Of a stretch of DNA of 32,000 bases, positions 1-6,830 are shown one piece after another. How positions within the stretch are numbered: the first letter of the stretch is position 1; each line of letters opens with the position of its first letter. The position numbers and the translations under genes were made by a program. The notes below the pieces were generated by a model that was not told the origin of the DNA, made no database searches, and was given only the letters and a program-made list of their open reading frames with translations. Where the stretch lies: positions 30,001 to 62,000 of the forward strand of contig CAZIYE010000002.1 of the NCBI GenBank assembly GCA_964543385.1, given 5' to 3'. Origin of the DNA: an uncultured Candidatus Saccharibacteria bacterium. Lineage in GTDB: Bacteria > Patescibacteriota > UBA1384 > XYA2-FULL-43-10 > 1-14-0-10-43-13.

Positions 1-206
1 GTTATTGAGAAAATTAGGAATCTTCTTGCAACTGAAAGTATGGGGCAGCCACTATAAATTATTTGAGAGAGTTTACGACAAAATTGATGACCATCGGTCG
101 TCATCTAGTCGAATCATTTCTCATACGGATGTATTAGGTCCAGTCAAATTATTTTTAGCACCAACTTGTACTGAAAAAATATATTGAGTCTCGCACGATT
201 ATATAT

Positions 207-350
207 TTATTTTATTGGAGAAGAAACCTTGCAATCTCTGCAAAATAAAACTTTTTCTGTTTTCTTTACTACAGAGACGCCATCAGCGTCTTTTGTAATT
301 ACTGATTTCTCTTTTTCTTCCATCTTGCTTCCACAACGGGGACAGTTCAT
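207..350 (-). CDS. small zinc-ribbon protein (47 aa); below the length cutoff of the supplied ORF track
   Basis: My minus-strand translation is MNCPRCGSKMEEKEKSVITKDADGVSVVKKTEKVLFCRDCKVSSPIK*. It has two CxxC pairs. A purine-rich gagaaagg lies 6 nt upstream of the ATG. The two + strand ORFs over this region read like antisense shadows. Confidence 0.35.
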   Translation of the reverse strand: MNCPRCGSKMEEKEKSVITKDADGVSVVKKTEKVLFCRDCKVSSPIK

Positions 351-560
351 ACTGGGCCTTTCTCTTACTTATCTTAAACACTAGACTCAATCAGGCATTA
401 ATGCAAGGATTTACTGGATATTTGCCATTTTTCTATATAACAAATTTCCCCATAAATATATCTGTGTGTTATATCTTTGGGCTTAATATGTAATGGCAAG
501 GTGCCTTGGCTTGATCGTAAAATTATGATATAGATAATAAGTTAAGTCATTGCAATAACT

Positions 561-1247
561 ATGGTCAATGGAGAAATGAAGCAAAATTTCAAATATATAG
601 ATGTAATCACCGTAATATTTGTCGCAGTATTATTGATATCTAATATCGCCTCGACAAAAATCACCCAGATCGGTGGTTTTTCTCTTGATGGCGGTACAAT
701 ACTTTTTCCTCTAGCCTATATTTTTAACGATATCTTGACCGAGGTTTATGGATATAGGCAATCAAGGAAGGTTATTTGGTTAGGTTTTGCTAGCGCTATT
801 TTGATGTCCATAACCCTTGGTTTGGTCGGATTTTTGCCCTCCGCGAATGGCTGGGAGAACCAAGATGCTTATCAAAAAATTCTTGGTCAGGCGCCAAGAA
901 TAGTTATCGCAAGCCTTTGTGCTTATCTAGTGGGAGAGTTCTCAAATTCTTTTATCCTTGCAAAAATGAAAATTGCCTCCAAGGGAAAATGGCTCTGGAT
1001 GAGAACTGTAGGATCAACATTAGTAGGTGAGCTATTAGACAGTCTGATCTTTATCGTCATTGCTTTTTCTGGCGTTTTGCCAAAAGAACTAATAATCGCT
1101 CTGATCGTCTCAAACTATGTATTTAAAACGGCTATCGAGATAATTTTCACTCCGATAACTTATGTTATAGTTAACTTCTTGAAGAAGGCAGAGGGCCAAG
1201 ATTACTATGACAAAAAGACAAATTTTAATCCATTTGCTTTAAAATAG
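561..1247 (+). CDS. yhhQ: queuosine-precursor (preQ0/preQ1) transporter, YhhQ/VUT family membrane protein
   Basis: 228 aa, polytopic. The N-terminal pattern ...ISNIASTKI...GGTILFPLAYIFNDILTEVYGY is characteristic of YhhQ. No convincing SD, so the start is uncertain (ATG 561 or 576). Confidence 0.8.
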   Translation: MVNGEMKQNFKYIDVITVIFVAVLLISNIASTKITQIGGFSLDGGTILFPLAYIFNDILTEVYGYRQSRKVIWLGFASAILMSITLGLVGFLPSANGWENQDAYQKILGQAPRIVIASLCAYLVGEFSNSFILAKMKIASKGKWLWMRTVGSTLVGELLDSLIFIVIAFSGVLPKELIIALIVSNYVFKTAIEIIFTPITYVIVNFLKKAEGQDYYDKKTNFNPFALK

Positions 1248-1343
1248 CTTAGCCCAATTATTACTCCGATCTCTTGCATGTGTAGGATGGCGCAACTATA
1301 ATTATCAGTAGATTCCAATTTTATATATTAAAAAAAGGAACAA

Positions 1344-1574
1344 ATGAGCAAAGATATAATCAGGAGATTAATCGGCGACTCCATCGTTGTAGAGGAGAGA
1401 TCAATACCTATCTACACTCGTCATCTAAAAGATTCCTTATTTTGGTCGCCATTTTCTCCGAAAGAGGAAGAATCCATCAAAAGCAAACTCCAGATTCTCG
1501 AATCACAGTCAGAGGAACATGTTATTTTGCTGCGAAAACTTGGTGAATTATTAAGGGAGGAACAATGTTCATAA
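1344..1574 (+). CDS. hypothetical small helical protein (76 aa)
   Basis: ORF preceded by aaaaaggaacaa ATG. Its stop overlaps the start of the next ORF by 10 nt (ATGTTCATAA). No family recognised. Confidence 0.5.
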   Translation: MSKDIIRRLIGDSIVVEERSIPIYTRHLKDSLFWSPFSPKEEESIKSKLQILESQSEEHVILLRKLGELLREEQCS

Positions 1575-1765
1575 AAAGAGAATATCTAAAATATTTCAAC
1601 GAGATTGAGCAAGTCGAGGCAGAGATGATTCGACGAGCCAAAGAATTACAAAAAGTCTTCGAAGGTAGTAGAGAAGCTACAGCGCTAGTCAACACGTGGC
1701 TTGCAGATGAAGAATCCCATCGCGAAATTGCACAAGAACTTATCAAAATAGTCAAAAAGAGATAG
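1565..1765 (+). CDS. hypothetical small helical protein (66 aa), translationally coupled to the upstream ORF
   Basis: The ATG is preceded by agggaggaaca (strong SD) inside the end of the upstream ORF. Charged helical composition. No family recognised. Confidence 0.55.
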   Translation: MFIKREYLKYFNEIEQVEAEMIRRAKELQKVFEGSREATALVNTWLADEESHREIAQELIKIVKKR

Positions 1766-1820
1766 ATATCGGCCTTAATAAAGGGTTGATAAAGTAGTCA
1801 ATTACTGCTACATTTTTGTA

Positions 1821-2267
1821 ATGTATAAAAGAATATCAAACTTCAAATATAAGCGTTTGCGTCATGCCGTATCTGTCCCATTTATTTTTGGTATGGCGAT
1901 ACCAATCGTCATACTGGATTTTTTTATAGAGATTTATCACCATGTTGCCTTTCCTCTCTATGGACTGCCAATTATCGAACGCAAGAAATACATTAGAATA
2001 GATCGCCAAAAATTATCCTATGTCGAAAACTTCGATAAGATCTGGTGTATGTACTGCGGCTATGCAAATGGTGCGCTGAATTATGCTGTCAAAATCGCTG
2101 GTGATACAGAGAAATATTGGTGTGGTATTAAGCACAAGGAGGGTGATGGATTTATTCCTCCGGCCCACCATAAGGATTTCCTCCCGTACGGTGATGAGAA
2201 AGCATACCGCGATCTCGTAGATCAAAAAGAATGCAAACTTGCTAAAGATAGCAATAAATATAACTAA
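1821..2267 (+). CDS. hypothetical membrane-anchored Cys/His-containing protein (148 aa)
   Basis: Hydrophobic segment VSVPFIFGMAIPIVILDFFIEIY followed by WCMYCGYANG...YWCGIKH. No family recognised by eye. Confidence 0.55.
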   Translation: MYKRISNFKYKRLRHAVSVPFIFGMAIPIVILDFFIEIYHHVAFPLYGLPIIERKKYIRIDRQKLSYVENFDKIWCMYCGYANGALNYAVKIAGDTEKYWCGIKHKEGDGFIPPAHHKDFLPYGDEKAYRDLVDQKECKLAKDSNKYN

Positions 2268-2380
2268 TATAAAAACTACAAATCATCTCTTGGGCTATCG
2301 GTGTAATGATTTTGTTGCGGCTAATTTTTTGATCTCAACTTCCAACAAAAAAGAACCTGAAACTAGTCCAGATTCCCTTA

Positions 2381-2768
2381 TGGTGGAGGCGGTCGGAGTT
2401 GCACCGGCGTCCAAAAGGTCAAAAACATACATTCTACAAGTTTAGACACGATTAAATTTTTCAGACTAAGCTTAAATCGTGACCAAAAAACTTTTGTCCT
2501 GCCTCAAGAAATCTTAATCGAGCACGCTTGAGAACCGTACACGCAGCATCCCGATGTATAACACCCGTGATCCATCGTCGAGACGCAATGGGCGGATGCA
2601 GTCGCTATTAAGCAGCAACTGGAGCGAAAGCAAAGCCAGCAAAAGCTGTCTTTACGCGCTCAACAAGTGATTTTGCACTTGAGTTTTTTGTATGCACTTT
2701 GAAGCGGCAATACTTACTTACTTGCAATATGTTTTTAAAGTACCTTCTGTCGAAGCTAATACGCCCCC
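2381..2768 (-). ncRNA. ssrA: tmRNA (SsrA), 388 nt with encoded CCA
   Basis: Minus-strand 5' end is GGGGGCGUAUUAGCUUCGACAG. The 3' end is GGACGCCGGUGCAACUCCGACCGCCUCCACCA. Together they form a tRNA-Ala-like acceptor stem with G3:U70 and a T-arm. The internal tag frame is ...GCU UUU GCU GGC UUU GCU UUC GCU CCA GUU GCU GCU UAA UAG (..AFAGFAFAPVAA, double stop at 2605-2610). The region is locally GC-richer than its surroundings. Confidence 0.92.
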
Positions 2769-2829
2769 ATGTGAAAAAAATATGTTCAATTTTTGAACTT
2801 CATAATTTTATAACTTTATGAGTCTATTG

Positions 2830-3099
2830 TCAACGTTTAGTGCTATCAACTATATTAACAATTTTCTCGATCAATCCACCCAAAAAGCTGTTACCATCAA
2901 GTCCTAGGTGGGTTAGGAAATATACTACGCCTGCAGCGATAATCGCTGAGCCAATAAAGAAACCAAATCCATAGAGAATGCCTCTGAGAAAATTCCAACG
3001 TAGGCTCGACTGTTTTTTCCAGTAATGTTTTAATTCTGATAAAACCTCGTGAAGGTCTCTCAAATCATCACTCAATAATTTCTCTGAATTTTGGTCCAT
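2830..3099 (-). CDS. small membrane protein, DUF5665-like
   Basis: 89 aa. An N-terminal charged helix is followed by FLRGILYGFGFFIGSAIIAAGVVYFL and a C-terminal amphipathic tail. The architecture resembles DUF5665 proteins (recalled from memory). Confidence 0.55.
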   Translation of the reverse strand: MDQNSEKLLSDDLRDLHEVLSELKHYWKKQSSLRWNFLRGILYGFGFFIGSAIIAAGVVYFLTHLGLDGNSFLGGLIEKIVNIVDSTKR

Positions 3100-3170
3100 T
3101 ATTGCTCCATTTTATTTTGTTAAATTATAGCATCTTTTGCCATAACGTAAAATAATGTTATGATTTCTTT

Positions 3171-3722
3171 ATGATTTTAACATTTTCTATTTTTATTTTG
3201 ATAGTTTTGCTGCTGGTGGTTTTTTGGCAGGGGTCATTGCTCATAGCTACAATGATTGGCTCACCTGTAGTTTATTCATATCGCGGAGCAGTTATAGACT
3301 CGATGGAATTAGCCGGAGCAAAGAAGGGGGATCTTGTTATAGATCTCGGTTGTGGTAGCGCTAGGACATTGATTACCGCTGTCCAGAAATTTGGAGTAAA
3401 AGGTGTCGGAGTAGACAGGTCCCTATATTGTTACCTTAGATCTCTGATGAATGTTTGGCTAAGTGGCAATCGAAAAAATATCAAGATTATCTTGGGCGAC
3501 TTCAAGAAGGCGGAGGAGGATTTAAAGAAGGCCGATATTGTTTACCTATATTTGCTAAATACAACTCTAAAACAAATTGAAGATTGGATCTTCCAATCTA
3601 TCGGCGATAAAACAAAAATTATTTCCTTGGCTTTTTATTTTGAAAAGCATAAGCCTATTGCTGAAGCCATGACTTTTACTCTTGGTAAGGAGACAAAAGC
3701 GAGACTATATAATAAAAAGTAA
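3171..3722 (+). CDS. membrane-anchored class I SAM-dependent methyltransferase
   Basis: N-terminal TM helix, then SAM motif I VIDLGCGSARTL and acidic motif II GVDRS. 183 aa. Confidence 0.75.
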   Translation: MILTFSIFILIVLLLVVFWQGSLLIATMIGSPVVYSYRGAVIDSMELAGAKKGDLVIDLGCGSARTLITAVQKFGVKGVGVDRSLYCYLRSLMNVWLSGNRKNIKIILGDFKKAEEDLKKADIVYLYLLNTTLKQIEDWIFQSIGDKTKIISLAFYFEKHKPIAEAMTFTLGKETKARLYNKK

Positions 3723-3733
3723 TAACTATCATT

Positions 3734-3769
3734 TTGACTCTTGACAAGATGTAAAGCCTGCTTTACATT
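3734..3769 (+). promoter_or_regulatory. sigma70-like promoter with a palindromic operator overlapping the spacer and -10
   Basis: TTGACA at 3741-3746, then a 17-nt spacer, then TACATT at 3764-3769. The inverted repeat TGTAAAGC-ct-GCTTTACA lies at 3750-3767. The ATG at 3776 is about 7 nt after the -10 and has no SD, so the transcript may be leaderless. Confidence 0.45.
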
Positions 3770-3775
3770 TTAGAT

Positions 3776-4525
3776 ATGGAAGAAAAAGATTTACCAATCG
3801 AAAACAGGCTTAAGGACTTGCGAAAAGAAAAGCACCTTAGTCAAGAGGAATTAGCCGATGCAATCGGTATTTCTCGTCAGTCAATAATCTCACTTGAACA
3901 AGGCAGATCAATGCCTTCTGTTCCGTTGGCGATTTCCCTATGTCGGTATTTTGATGCCGCATTTGAAGAACTTTTCGACTTCGAGCGCGAAGTTGATAGA
4001 GAAATCAACAATGCAATTCACAATGGTAGTATTAATATAAAAGTAATTAATGATCCAGAAGTCGGATCGAGAAAGGACAATGCTATGGTAGAATTAGAGC
4101 CATGGAGACCTTTTAGAGAAACAGTATCCTTGAGAGACGCAATGGATCGGCTTTTAGAGGATAGTTTTATTACTCCTGCCAAAATGGGGGGTATGCCTCG
4201 AATTGATGTCAAAGATAAGAAAGACTCAATTGTAGTTAAAGCCGAGTTGCCAGGAATCAAGGAAGAGGACATCAATGTCGAAATCCTCGATAATGTCATG
4301 ACAATCTCAGGTGAGAAAAAAGAGGAAAAAGAAGAGAAAGAAGAGGACAAAGGCTATTATTACAAAGAAAGCCATACTGGAAAATTCTCTCGAAGTTTCA
4401 CCCTGCCATCTGAAGTAATGACCGAAAGGGCCGTTGCTGATATGAAAAATGGTATTCTCACAATCACTGTTCCAAAAATAGAGCCAAAGAAAGCTCAAAA
4501 GATAAGCATCGCCCCAAAGAGATAA
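3776..4525 (+). CDS. fusion protein: N-terminal XRE-family helix-turn-helix domain + C-terminal Hsp20/alpha-crystallin domain
   Basis: HTH: LRKEKHLSQEELADAIGISRQSIISLEQGRSMPSVPLAISLCRYF. ACD: PRIDVKDKKDSIVVKAELPGIKEEDINVEILDNVMTISGEKK...GKFSRSFTLPSEV...ADMKNGILTITVPK. One uninterrupted 249-aa ORF. Confidence 0.85.
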   Translation: MEEKDLPIENRLKDLRKEKHLSQEELADAIGISRQSIISLEQGRSMPSVPLAISLCRYFDAAFEELFDFEREVDREINNAIHNGSINIKVINDPEVGSRKDNAMVELEPWRPFRETVSLRDAMDRLLEDSFITPAKMGGMPRIDVKDKKDSIVVKAELPGIKEEDINVEILDNVMTISGEKKEEKEEKEEDKGYYYKESHTGKFSRSFTLPSEVMTERAVADMKNGILTITVPKIEPKKAQKISIAPKR

Positions 4526-4542
4526 AGGCCATCTAAATAATA

Positions 4543-4571
4543 AATAACCCCGAAATTTAATCGGGGTTATT
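4543..4571. terminator. bidirectional intrinsic terminator between convergent genes
   Basis: AATAACCCCGA-aatttaa-TCGGGGTTATT: an 11-bp perfect stem flanked by A-rich and T-rich runs on both sides. It sits between the hsp20-fusion stop and the HD-gene stop. Confidence 0.75.
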
Positions 4572-4596
4572 TATTATTAAGGACGGACCTATTATT

Positions 4597-5223
4597 TTAT
4601 GAAAGAAAATCTTTGCCACTCCAATCATCCATAAATTCTCTTAGATATTTTGCGATAATCTCATGTCTCCTATCTGCAATTATTCTAGCAGTTTTAGTAT
4701 TCATCATATCTCTTAAGAGCAAAAGTTTTTCATGAAAGTGGTTTATACTTGATCCATTTTCTTCCTGAGATTCTTCAGGGTCGAAAATTGGTCTATTTAT
4801 CTGTGCGCCGTAAGCAAATGTTCTGGCAATACCAATAGCACCTAGTGCATCGAGTCGATCTGCATCTTGGACGATTTGTGCCTCTAGTGTCTCTGGTTTT
4901 ATAGCATGCCTTTTATCCTTGAAGCTCACTGTTAAAATTACATCAATAATTCTATCAATCTTTTCTTGGCCAATCCCTAGAGTGTCCAACCATTTCCGCG
5001 TCTTGGATCTCTCTTTCTCATCTTCTACACTTGAGAACTTGTGATCATCAATATCATGAAGCAGAGCAGCCATCTCTACAATAAAAGCATCGGCTTTTTC
5101 CTTTTCGCAAATATATTGTGCAGCTTTCCAAACCCTCTGAGTATGCCACCAATCATGACCAGAAATGTCATCCTTGAAAAAATCTTTTACAAAATCAATT
5201 GTTTTCTCTATTTCTTTATTCAT
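4597..5223 (-). CDS. HD-domain metal-dependent phosphohydrolase (YpgQ-like)
   Basis: H...HD signature: WWHTQRV ... AALLHDIDDHK ... QDADRLDALGAIGIAR. 208 aa. Confidence 0.8.
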   Translation of the reverse strand: MNKEIEKTIDFVKDFFKDDISGHDWWHTQRVWKAAQYICEKEKADAFIVEMAALLHDIDDHKFSSVEDEKERSKTRKWLDTLGIGQEKIDRIIDVILTVSFKDKRHAIKPETLEAQIVQDADRLDALGAIGIARTFAYGAQINRPIFDPEESQEENGSSINHFHEKLLLLRDMMNTKTARIIADRRHEIIAKYLREFMDDWSGKDFLS

Positions 5224-5290
5224 ATATCTATTATATCAGAGATTATTTTTCTAAATAAAAAAAAGGTCATCACTATCGATGATCTTTTTT

Positions 5291-5367
5291 TGGTGGGGCT
5301 GGGCGGACTCGAACCGCAGACCTCTTCAATGTCAATGAAGCGCTCTAACCAACTGAGCTACAGCCCC
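5291..5367 (-). tRNA. tRNA-Val (anticodon GAC), CCA encoded
   Basis: Minus strand reads GGGGCTGTAGCTCAGTTGGTTAGAGCGCTTCATTGACATTGAAGAGGTCTGCGGTTCGAGTCCGCCCAGCCCCACCA. Cloverleaf folded by hand. Anticodon stem CTTCA/TGAAG, loop TTGACAT. One mismatch in the T stem. Confidence 0.9.
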
Positions 5368-5468
5368 AAGTATTTATTTCCCAGATTGGAACAACAAGAA
5401 TATTAGCAAATTATTTGCAATTATTCAACTTCGACAGCGATAAATCAGCTCACTGTGGAAAACTAGAG

Positions 5469-5497
5469 TTACTTAAAATTCATTAACTATCTATAAT
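5469..5497 (+). promoter_or_regulatory. sigma70-like promoter of the pyrimidine-nucleotide operon
   Basis: TTACTT (5469-5474), exact 17-nt spacer, TATAAT (5492-5497). Confidence 0.5.
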
Positions 5498-5528
5498 AAA
5501 CATACAAACAAAAATAAAAACAAAATTG

Positions 5529-5557
5529 GCGCTTATTTATAGTGAAAGCGCTTTTTT
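5529..5557 (+). terminator. terminator-like hairpin + U6 inside the operon leader (possible attenuator)
   Basis: GCGCTT-atttatagtga-AAGCGC followed by TTTTTT. It ends 14 nt before the dut ATG. There is no + strand gene upstream that it could terminate. Confidence 0.45.
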
Positions 5558-5571
5558 AATCCCCAAAATAT

Positions 5572-6012
5572 ATGAAGATCAAAGCAAAAAAATTAAATAA
5601 AGATGCCATTGTTCCTGTCCATTTATTACATGGTGACGCAGGGTTGGACTTACATTCCGTAATAGATGTAACTTTAAACTCAGGAGAGAGGCTTGCAGTG
5701 CCTACAGGGCTAGCATTTGAGCTGCCGGAGGGCTATGTATCATTGATCTGGGATAAGAGCGGATTAGCTCTGCGAAATGGTATAAAAACGATGGGCGGGG
5801 TGATAGAATATACTTATCGGGGTGAATATAAAATAATATTGCTAAACACGACCAATACGCCGTTTCATATTAAAAAGGGTGATAAAATCGCCCAGATGCT
5901 GGTGCAGCCAATAATGTCAGTTGATGTTGAAGAAGTCGAAGAATTAAGCGAGACAGAGCGCGGACTACATGGATTTGGCTCTGCTGATGAGAAGCTAAAG
6001 AATGGAAAATAA
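5572..6012 (+). CDS. dut: trimeric dUTPase-fold protein (dUTP pyrophosphatase)
   Basis: Motifs GDAGLDL, DKSGLA, GGVIEYTYRGE, GDKIAQML and the C-terminal ERGLHGFGSA. In motif III the usually invariant Asp is Glu (GVIE instead of GVID). Confidence 0.85.
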   Translation: MKIKAKKLNKDAIVPVHLLHGDAGLDLHSVIDVTLNSGERLAVPTGLAFELPEGYVSLIWDKSGLALRNGIKTMGGVIEYTYRGEYKIILLNTTNTPFHIKKGDKIAQMLVQPIMSVDVEEVEELSETERGLHGFGSADEKLKNGK

Positions 6013-6685
6013 AACCGGAAAATTCATTGTCATAGATGGTTCTGACGGGTCAGGTAAAAAGACCCAGTCTGATTTATTGATTGAAAGCTTGAAAAAAGCA
6101 GGGCATGAGACCGCTTATTATGATTTTCCTGATTATGATTCATTCTTTGGTAAGATGGTAGGCCGATACCTCAATGGAGAATTCGGCGAAGCAGATCAGG
6201 TCAGCCCCTATCTTGGCTCACTTTTATATGCAGGGGATCGCTGGCAAGCAAGTAAACAAATAGAAAAAGATCTTTCAGAAGGCAAAATTGTCATTTCAAA
6301 CCGATACACGCAGTCAAATATGGGCCATCAGGCTGCAAAAATAGACAATATTGATGAAAAAGAAAAGTATTTGAAATGGCTTGAAGAGCTAGAGTTTAAT
6401 ATTTATAAAATACCAAAACCAGACTTAGTTTTATTTTTACATGTCCCAGTAGAGATAAGTCAGAATCTGTTTGTCGGAAAGGGAAAGCGCAAATATACAA
6501 AGGCAGTCAAAGATATCCACGAAGGGAATGTCGATTTTATGAAGAGGTCGGTCAATGAATATCTCCGTTTAACAGAAAAATATCCAGAGTGGCGAAGAAT
6601 TGATTGTACAGAGGCAGAAACCCTACTGTCAAAGGAAGAGATTGCTGATAGAATTTATTCGATGATAACGAAAGAAGTTTTATGA
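6002..6685 (+). CDS. tmk: thymidylate kinase
   Basis: FIVIDGSDGSGKKTQ P-loop, a DRY-type motif present as NRY, and a lid region. Overlaps the dut end by 11 nt. TGA stop. Confidence 0.85.
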   Translation: MENKTGKFIVIDGSDGSGKKTQSDLLIESLKKAGHETAYYDFPDYDSFFGKMVGRYLNGEFGEADQVSPYLGSLLYAGDRWQASKQIEKDLSEGKIVISNRYTQSNMGHQAAKIDNIDEKEKYLKWLEELEFNIYKIPKPDLVLFLHVPVEISQNLFVGKGKRKYTKAVKDIHEGNVDFMKRSVNEYLRLTEKYPEWRRIDCTEAETLLSKEEIADRIYSMITKEVL

Positions 6686-6830
6686 TCAGAGATAGGTAAA
6701 TTTAGATGTTATTCCGGCCTTAATCATTCCTTTCTCATCAAAGCGGATGTTGAGCGAGGTGGAATCGGAATGTACAAAATAGCAATTAGATCCCAAATAA
6801 AATTTGGGATGAAAAAATAAAGGAGCCATT

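Noticed and set aside
5-384. Two + strand ORFs (60 aa and 66 aa) at the left edge
   Set aside because: No SD, odd composition (Ser/Phe/Leu-rich). They lie antisense to a better small zinc-ribbon ORF (207-350, minus) and to a possible minus-strand ORF running off the window. Treated as shadow ORFs.
400-560. Possible preQ1 riboswitch upstream of the yhhQ-type transporter
   Set aside because: YhhQ genes are often preQ1-controlled. I found no P1 hairpin followed by the A-rich tail/ACUA-type pseudoknot pattern. The only GC-rich stretch (GGCAAGGTGCCTTGGC) cannot form a sensible hairpin.
2239-2445. 68-aa + strand ORF
   Set aside because: It overlaps the 3' tRNA-like domain of the tmRNA gene on the opposite strand. 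It is open only because that region is GC-rich.
4307-4350. Purine-rich GAA/GAG/AAA repeat
   Set aside because: It encodes the EK-rich loop (GEKKEEKEEKEEDKG) of the Hsp20 domain. This is low-complexity coding sequence, not a repeat element.
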